Part shown: in pieces, positions 49,300 to 54,487 of the stretch
Numbering within the stretch: the stretch's first letter is position 1
How the letters are laid out: every line of letters begins with the position of its first letter
Assembly (NCBI GenBank): GCA_007376195.1
Contig: VMFT01000001.1
Span: 1-54,487 of the forward strand
Origin: Parcubacteria group bacterium Gr01-1014_29
Lineage (GTDB): Bacteria; Patescibacteriota; Minisyncoccia; Ryanbacterales; 2-02-FULL-48-12
Length of the DNA: 54,487 nt
Reading direction: 5' to 3'
The notes under the pieces: generated by a model
What the model was told of the DNA's origin: nothing
What the model saw: only the letters and a program-made list of their open reading frames with translations
Database searches by the model: none
Made by a program: the position numbers and the translations under genes

Positions 49300-49339
49300 A
49301 TTCCTAAGTATTCAGACGACCGTCTAAACTTTTAGGAAT
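49300..49339. repeat. 40-bp palindrome downstream of the PaaX-like gene
   Basis: attcctaa...agacgaccgtct...ttaggaat. Confidence 0.85.
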
Positions 49340-49391
49340 TTTATTTTCTCCCAATTTACTATTTCAATACCATTTCAATATCATCATTATT

Positions 49392-50039
49392 TTACTTATC
49401 GTGCAAAGAAAATAATTTTCGCAAATATTCATCCCCCTCCATTCTTTCCGTAACAAAATAGAGCACATCATGTCCCAGCTTGAGATTTATTTTAAGTAAT
49501 GCAAGCGCTTCCTCACATTCATATGGATATATCCAAACACTGTTCTGTAACTTCCGAAATCCCATGTTTGTAAGTTCTATTCGGAGATGATCTCTAACTT
49601 TCCGCCGCTTTTCCAACACATCAAATACCACGACACGCCACTTACCATCCCACACCATCGAACTATTTTCTGTTTTGAATCGAAGTTGGTGAAATCGTTT
49701 TTCTCCTTTTTCTGTCAATTTTACACTCGGTATGTTTCCATTGGTTTGATCTAATATAATCACTCCTTCATTTTTCAACCGCCGCAATGTTTCACTGACA
49801 CGATATCGAGGGTTATTTTTCTTCCAACGACCCGGTTCAATAAACCGGAGTATTTGTACCGCATTCGGGGCAAGGATAGCAATACTCACAATACTTGCGA
49901 TACCTATAATTCCCAGAATTACATCGCTTATCGGCACTTTACCTTCGTATTCCTGCAAATATGGGATGAGGTCATTGCTCCATCCACTCTTTATAGGATT
50001 CCTGTCTGTGTTTTTCCTTTCCCTATTCTTCAATAACAT
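49392..50039 (-). CDS. PaaX-like protein (winged helix plus Cas2/VapD-like ferredoxin domain)
   Basis: LRRLKNEG...KLTEKG, WDGKWRVVVFDV, RDHLR, GFRKLQNSVW. Confidence 0.85.
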   Translation of the reverse strand: MLLKNRERKNTDRNPIKSGWSNDLIPYLQEYEGKVPISDVILGIIGIASIVSIAILAPNAVQILRFIEPGRWKKNNPRYRVSETLRRLKNEGVIILDQTNGNIPSVKLTEKGEKRFHQLRFKTENSSMVWDGKWRVVVFDVLEKRRKVRDHLRIELTNMGFRKLQNSVWIYPYECEEALALLKINLKLGHDVLYFVTERMEGDEYLRKLFSLHDK

Positions 50040-50068
50040 AAATTGTTTTTACTAAATATTGATATATT

Positions 50069-50110
50069 GATTCCTAAATTATCAGACGGTCGTTCTACAT
50101 TTTAGGAATC
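50069..50110. repeat. 42-bp palindrome upstream of the PaaX-like gene
   Basis: gattcctaaa...agacggtcgt...tttaggaatc, homologous to 49300-49339. Confidence 0.85.
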
Positions 50111-50350
50111 CTTCTCCGTTTTATCTTCATTATCCACTATAAACCGAAATCGAGGGCCTTTGTAGTTGTATTCTGGCATGTCCACTTCCTCCAAAAACAT
50201 GTCTTTTGGGCGTATCTCAATACGAAACTCACCATATAAAGGCACATACAACACCATTGACTCACGCGTCTCGTGATGGCATCCTTCGCCGATTACCAGA
50301 TAATCTTTGCCTTTGTAATGCCGATAAATTCCTTTTTTGATTTCTGACAT
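50102..50350 (-). CDS. DUF1653 domain protein
   Basis: GIYRHYKGKDY, HHET, VLY..LYG, RPKDMF, PRF. Confidence 0.9.
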   Translation of the reverse strand: MSEIKKGIYRHYKGKDYLVIGEGCHHETRESMVLYVPLYGEFRIEIRPKDMFLEEVDMPEYNYKGPRFRFIVDNEDKTEKDS

Positions 50351-50362
50351 ATACTTATACAC

Positions 50363-50393
50363 AACTGATTGGACACTCGGTGTCTGATCAGTT
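50363..50393. repeat. Palindrome (ACAC-CGR-GTGT family, inverted copy)
   Basis: aactgattggacac-tcg-gtgtctgatcagtt, similar to reverse complement of 16602-16634. Confidence 0.85.
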
Positions 50394-50410
50394 TAGGTAA
50401 CCGCGAGGGA

Positions 50411-51049
50411 TTAATTATTTTCAGCAACACTTCGAGGCTTTTGTTCAACTTTTCCAAATCTCCCTTCTTCCATATATTGAATGAATCTATTCACTATTGC
50501 CTGTTGTGAATCAGCTTTCCCTTCCAGTAGTGACGAACCTTTTCCTCCTTGAAGAAACGATTGTAAGCTTTTTTTATTCGTATATCTTGCTTGCGCAAGC
50601 CCCTTCTCCTGCTTTATTACTATACGAAAAAGAATTTCTTCTTCCTTGCCTTGCAAGAATTTGGGAACACCCTCGTTATGAATGAGTTTGCGCGCCGCTT
50701 CTAATTGGGGTTGCAATTTCAGCACAGTAATGTCTTTTTCTTCAATTTTTTTAGTGCGATAACGGAGAATTGCCAGTTCAGGATCACTCCGATCATTATA
50801 GATCCGAAGCGCCATAAGGTTTCCAATCCTGGGTCTCAAGATGTTTTGCTTTCCTACTGCGTGCTCAGGATCCACAAAAAACAATTGGATACCATCGGTA
50901 TCCCGTTCAGCTACAAAGAGGTGGGGATGGCGTGTCCCTTTCTCTTTCTCACCTACAAGGATGATAGTTTGATACGATTCGTCAGTTTCAAATTCCTGTG
51001 TCAAGTCAAGTAAACGCTCCCGTATTTCTTGAGGAATAACTCGTTCCAA
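50411..51049 (-). CDS. Hypothetical protein (212 aa)
   Basis: Long AT-rich ORF filling the spacer; TTG start; no recognisable motif. Confidence 0.65.
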   Translation of the reverse strand: MERVIPQEIRERLLDLTQEFETDESYQTIILVGEKEKGTRHPHLFVAERDTDGIQLFFVDPEHAVGKQNILRPRIGNLMALRIYNDRSDPELAILRYRTKKIEEKDITVLKLQPQLEAARKLIHNEGVPKFLQGKEEEILFRIVIKQEKGLAQARYTNKKSLQSFLQGGKGSSLLEGKADSQQAIVNRFIQYMEEGRFGKVEQKPRSVAENN

Positions 51050-51197
51050 GAGTTATTCGCTAGTATATTCAGTATTTTCAATAGCAAGTGGCTGGTTTTT
51101 AGACGAGATATTATCCAGGAGATCAGGAATAATATTTTTTTGTATCCTTTCGAAATTATATTTCATTTCGCCCTAATTACCTAAATTTATTTGACAA

Positions 51198-52286
51198 TTA
51201 GAAAATTCTTGCAAGGTCAAAATAGGTAACAACCAGCATCAAAAAAATAAGAGCAACAAAACCTGCTGTATGCGCGAATTGGCTTATGTGAAGAGGAACA
51301 GGAGCGCCGCGCAATTTTTCGATTATGAGAAAAAATATGCGCCCGCCGTCAAGCGCCGGTATTGGCAGGAGATTTAATACGGCAAGATTAATTGAAAGCA
51401 CCGCCACAAGCTGAAGAAGATACACAAATCCGAGCCGAGTCGCCTCGCCCGCGATCTGGGCAATGCCAACCGGTCCTGCAACAGAACCGGTAATATCGGC
51501 ACTGAAGATATTCGTAAAAAATGATGCGAGACCCACCGAAACAGCTTTTGTGGTGTAGATAGTTGTTTTTAGTCCCTCCCACGGGGCACGATACCAAGGG
51601 GTGCGCACAATACCAATTTTCGCCATCGCAATGCCTAAAAGTCCCTCTCCTGCAGGCGCCTCTTCCCTCAAAGCAACGGCAAGATGCTGCTCGCCATCTG
51701 ATCTTGCTATTACAATGGTAAGTTCCTCACCGGCGTGCCTTTTTACAAATTCTTGCACATTCACAACGTCCACAATGCGCATCGTTTCGGACAACGATTC
51801 TAATTCCACTATTGCATCCCCCGGCACCATACCGACTTGGTGAGCTGGAGAATCGGGAACAACTTCCACAACACGCACTACCGCATCGCGCGCACCTTCG
51901 CCACTCCCGACCACGCTGGGAATACCAATCCCATGCCCCAAGGTAAAAAGCACATACGCCAACACCATATTCATCGCGACACCCGCAACCAACACCAAAA
52001 ACCTGTCCCATGCGCTGCGCATTGCGAAATTTCTCGCTGAATCATCCTCCTTCGCTAAAGCTTCGGAGGACGAGTCTTCTCCCCATACGCGCACAAACCC
52101 ACCAAGCGGAAGCAGGTTTATAGAATAAAATGTCTCGCCGTACTGCTTGCCAAAAAGCCGCGGCGGAAACCCGAAACCGAATTCATCCACCCGCATGCCT
52201 TTCCATTTGGCAACTATAAAATGGCCAAATTCATGGCTTAAAACCAACACGGCTATGACTGCTAAAAAAATAAGGAGAGTAAACAT
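51198..52286 (-). CDS. rseP: RIP metalloprotease RseP (M50, PDZ)
   Basis: HEFGH, GFPP, PLGGFV, AGVAMN, GPVGI, NLLPIPALDGG. Confidence 0.96.
   Translation of the reverse strand: MFTLLIFLAVIAVLVLSHEFGHFIVAKWKGMRVDEFGFGFPPRLFGKQYGETFYSINLLPLGGFVRVWGEDSSSEALAKEDDSARNFAMRSAWDRFLVLVAGVAMNMVLAYVLFTLGHGIGIPSVVGSGEGARDAVVRVVEVVPDSPAHQVGMVPGDAIVELESLSETMRIVDVVNVQEFVKRHAGEELTIVIARSDGEQHLAVALREEAPAGEGLLGIAMAKIGIVRTPWYRAPWEGLKTTIYTTKAVSVGLASFFTNIFSADITGSVAGPVGIAQIAGEATRLGFVYLLQLVAVLSINLAVLNLLPIPALDGGRIFFLIIEKLRGAPVPLHISQFAHTAGFVALIFLMLVVTYFDLARIF
52042..52073. repeat. Palindromic element in-frame within rseP
   Basis: Minus strand tcgtcctcc-gaagctttagcgaa-ggaggatga, encodes SSSEALAKED. Confidence 0.8.
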
Positions 52287-52292
52287 ATAAGT

Positions 52293-52368
52293 TAATCAGC
52301 AAATAACGAATCAGTCGCGAATGAACGAATTCGTATATTCGTAATCAATTCGCTATTCGTTGATTTTA
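52293..52368. repeat. ACGAAT/ATTCGT periodic inverted repeat
   Basis: acgaat/gcgaat/acgaat then attcgt/attcgt/attcgc/attcgt; related to 24269-24314. Confidence 0.75.
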
Positions 52369-52920
52369 AACTTCCATTATTTCCTTCTCTTTCTTCTCCC
52401 GCACATTCTCTAATTCTGTGTTAAACCCATCCATCTTTTTCTGCAATTCATCTTTCGCGCGAAATTTCTCATCTTCGGAAATTGTTTTCTCTTTCTCGGC
52501 GGCCTGAACATCCTTCCATGCCTCATCGCGGACTCTGCGCGAACGCACCCGCGCCTCTTCTGCTTTTGCGCTAAGAATCTTCAGAAGATCCTTACGGCGT
52601 TCTTCGGTAAGCTGGGGAAGCGTCAGTCGGATATGATCACCATCTGCAATAGGCACTATATAAAGCGGTGAATTCTCAATTGCTTTGGCAATTGCTTCCA
52701 ACGCCGCCTTATCCCACGGTTGTATCACCAGAGACCGGGCATCAGGCGTAGAAATTGACGCAATATGCTTCAAGGGCGTTTTCGCGCCATAATACTCCAC
52801 TTCCAAATCTTCCAGAAGCGCTGGCGAGGCACGCCCCGTCCGTAAAGAAGCAATCTCACTACGAAACCATTCGCGGATTGAGGCAAACTCGTTTTCCATT
52901 TTTTTTAAAACCTGTTGCAT
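52366..52920 (-). CDS. frr: Ribosome recycling factor
   Basis: LRTGRASP, VEYYG, IQPWD, PQLTEERR, KEKEIM. Confidence 0.97.
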   Translation of the reverse strand: MQQVLKKMENEFASIREWFRSEIASLRTGRASPALLEDLEVEYYGAKTPLKHIASISTPDARSLVIQPWDKAALEAIAKAIENSPLYIVPIADGDHIRLTLPQLTEERRKDLLKILSAKAEEARVRSRRVRDEAWKDVQAAEKEKTISEDEKFRAKDELQKKMDGFNTELENVREKKEKEIMEV

Positions 52921-52986
52921 GTGCCAAAAAATAATGAGCGTTAGCGAATATATTTTTTGAGCATCCCGTCGTTAGGCGGGATGCCT
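52918..52986 (-). repeat. Double-hairpin leader element, copy 3 (abuts frr start)
   Basis: gcatcccgcctaacgacgggatgctcaaaaaatatattcgctaacgctcattattttttggcacATG. Confidence 0.9.
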
Positions 52987-52987
52987 A

Positions 52988-54094
52988 TTATTTTGTAAAA
53001 CCGATCACAACAGTTTCAGGATCAGCTGGGTCAATAGCGATAGCGGTAATAACGCCCTTGCCCATAAACTGCGTCCCCTTCCATGTCTGACCGCCGTCTT
53101 CGCTTTTATACAGCTGGGAAGAAGCGGAAATATACAGCGTGTTGTGCTGTGTGGGATGAATCGCAAACCCCAGCGCCGGCAAGGAACCAGGCGGCACAAT
53201 AAGCGGAATAGCGCGCCACACCGCGCCGTCATCCCAAGATGCCAATAACCCATGATCAGATGTAAGATATACTATGCCGGAGGAAGAATCAATAAAAAGA
53301 TGCTGATTGTTGCGCGCGCCTTTGAATTTTGAAAGGCTGCGCGTAAATTCTTTCCACGTTTTGCCGTAATCTGACGTGCGGAACAATTGTCCGCGCTGCA
53401 AGGTTACGAAAAACTGTCCCGGCACATGCGGATGCGCAAGGATATCCGTAATAGCGCTGCGGAACCGATACGTGGCTTCCCACGTTTCTCCCGCATCACT
53501 GCTTTGGTAAAACCCTGAACCTGCGCCGATTATAATCCTGTCGGCAGCAAACGGGTCTATTGCAATCTTTCGCACGGGGGTATCCTCCAGTGGCGCGAAA
53601 AAAAGTTCTTTAAATGATGAACCAGTAAGCATCACCAAATATCCCTGCTCATTATAACGCAAAGCCGCGTATATACGCGCCGGAGAAACATCGGAAAGCG
53701 CCATATCAAATACGGTAGCTTCAGGAGGCACTGTTCCATTCTCGTCTTTATACTGCGATACATCGGCGTAGGTATCGGTGAGGGCTCGCCATACGCCCGT
53801 TTCTTGCGTACCGATCAACAATTGTTTTCCCAGAGTGTCAAACAATACATGAAATGGAGAAAACCGGGCGCCTGGTATGCCGCGCCACGTTGTACCGCCG
53901 TCTTCTGAAACATACAGACTGGAATCGGTATCATGAGTAACAGCGGCATGTTCTGGAGTCTTGGACACGCTACCGTCTTCGTCGGGAGCAAAAAACCGAA
54001 ATGCCGCGAGAAACAACATGCCAAGCGCGATAACGCCGAGAATGACAAGTCCTGTTATCTTTACGTGTTCACGCGTTATGCTGTGAGGAATCAT
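52988..54094 (-). CDS. Membrane-anchored BNR/Asp-box beta-propeller protein
   Basis: N-terminal TM; repeated SxDxGxTW boxes (SEDGGTTW, SSDAGETW, TSDYGKTW, SEDGGQTW); ATG 54094. Confidence 0.85.
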   Translation of the reverse strand: MIPHSITREHVKITGLVILGVIALGMLFLAAFRFFAPDEDGSVSKTPEHAAVTHDTDSSLYVSEDGGTTWRGIPGARFSPFHVLFDTLGKQLLIGTQETGVWRALTDTYADVSQYKDENGTVPPEATVFDMALSDVSPARIYAALRYNEQGYLVMLTGSSFKELFFAPLEDTPVRKIAIDPFAADRIIIGAGSGFYQSSDAGETWEATYRFRSAITDILAHPHVPGQFFVTLQRGQLFRTSDYGKTWKEFTRSLSKFKGARNNQHLFIDSSSGIVYLTSDHGLLASWDDGAVWRAIPLIVPPGSLPALGFAIHPTQHNTLYISASSQLYKSEDGGQTWKGTQFMGKGVITAIAIDPADPETVVIGFTK

Positions 54095-54101
54095 AAGTAA
54101 T

Positions 54102-54487
54102 TTAATAGGGATGCAATACGTCAGATTCAAATATAACACGCTTGGCGGCATAGGGTTTTTGGAACCTTTGCCGTCCTTCCACCAAACGCCGGCAAAGCGC
54201 GGCCGTATGTATAACACCACACGACTCCTCCCCAAGCATCGTATGCACCGCGCTGCCGAGTGCCACAATGTGCTCATCATACCACAATTCCATTTTCTCG
54301 GGGTCATCACACAACGCATCAACCGACTCTAACCGTTCGGCCGCCGAACAAGAAAGGAAAGTTCTTTGGGCGGTATGTTCTGCCGCTTTCTTTTTTAGAA
54401 TTTCAGGCGGTAGAGAACAAAACTCCAGCGCCGCACCGGGACATCCGTAAGCAAGACGAGCAGCACATGCCGCGCTCGCCGGCAGTA
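54102..54487 (-). CDS. 3' part of a gene entering from the window edge, possibly DNA polymerase III delta-prime-like
   Basis: Frame is open to the edge; AARLAYGCPGAALE resembles the HolB lid motif. Confidence 0.45.
   Translation of the reverse strand, partial: LPASAACAARLAYGCPGAALEFCSLPPEILKKKAAEHTAQRTFLSCSAAERLESVDALCDDPEKMELWYDEHIVALGSAVHTMLGEESCGVIHTAALCRRLVEGRQRFQKPYAAKRVIFESDVLHPY

Noticed and set aside
17995-50039. CRISPR-Cas system suggested by the Cas4-like nuclease and Cas2-like domain
   Set aside because: No repeat-spacer array and no cas1; the two genes are 30 kb apart and belong to stand-alone families
1-54487. Genetic code 25 (TGA = Gly) as in Gracilibacteria/Absconditabacteria
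   Set aside because: Conserved genes are uninterrupted in code 11 and many end in TGA at the expected position

Overview
Chromosomal segment of a reduced-genome bacterium, most consistent with Patescibacteria/CPR (Parcubacteria-like; inferred from short AspRS/ProRS, gene content and intergenic repeats; TGA is used as stop). It is mostly housekeeping: aspS, gltX, cysS, lysS, proS, rpmA, rplI, rplU, frr, greA, dnaB, recR, scpAB, rmuC, pyrG, a split division/cell-wall cluster (dacA-mraY-deacylase-ftsW-murG and mraZ-rsmH-ftsL-ftsI-murF), mreBCD-mrdA, tRNA-Glu(CTC), a vapBC-type pair and two small AT-rich accessory patches. Best leads: (1) an UndA-like heme-oxygenase-fold diiron enzyme upstream of an orphan multi-TM histidine kinase and divergent from an MMPL/RND exporter, a candidate lipid-signal make/export/sense module; (2) several dispersed palindromic micro-element families, many built on a covarying GA-NN-loop-NN-GA mini-hairpin, some lying in-frame inside proteins and three sitting on the start codons of translation genes; (3) a PaaX/Cas2-like gene bracketed by related 40-bp palindromes; (4) a glucan phosphorylase lacking the PLP lysine; (5) an orphan 5' half of a second tRNA-Glu. 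All calls come from reading motifs by eye; no database searches were run.
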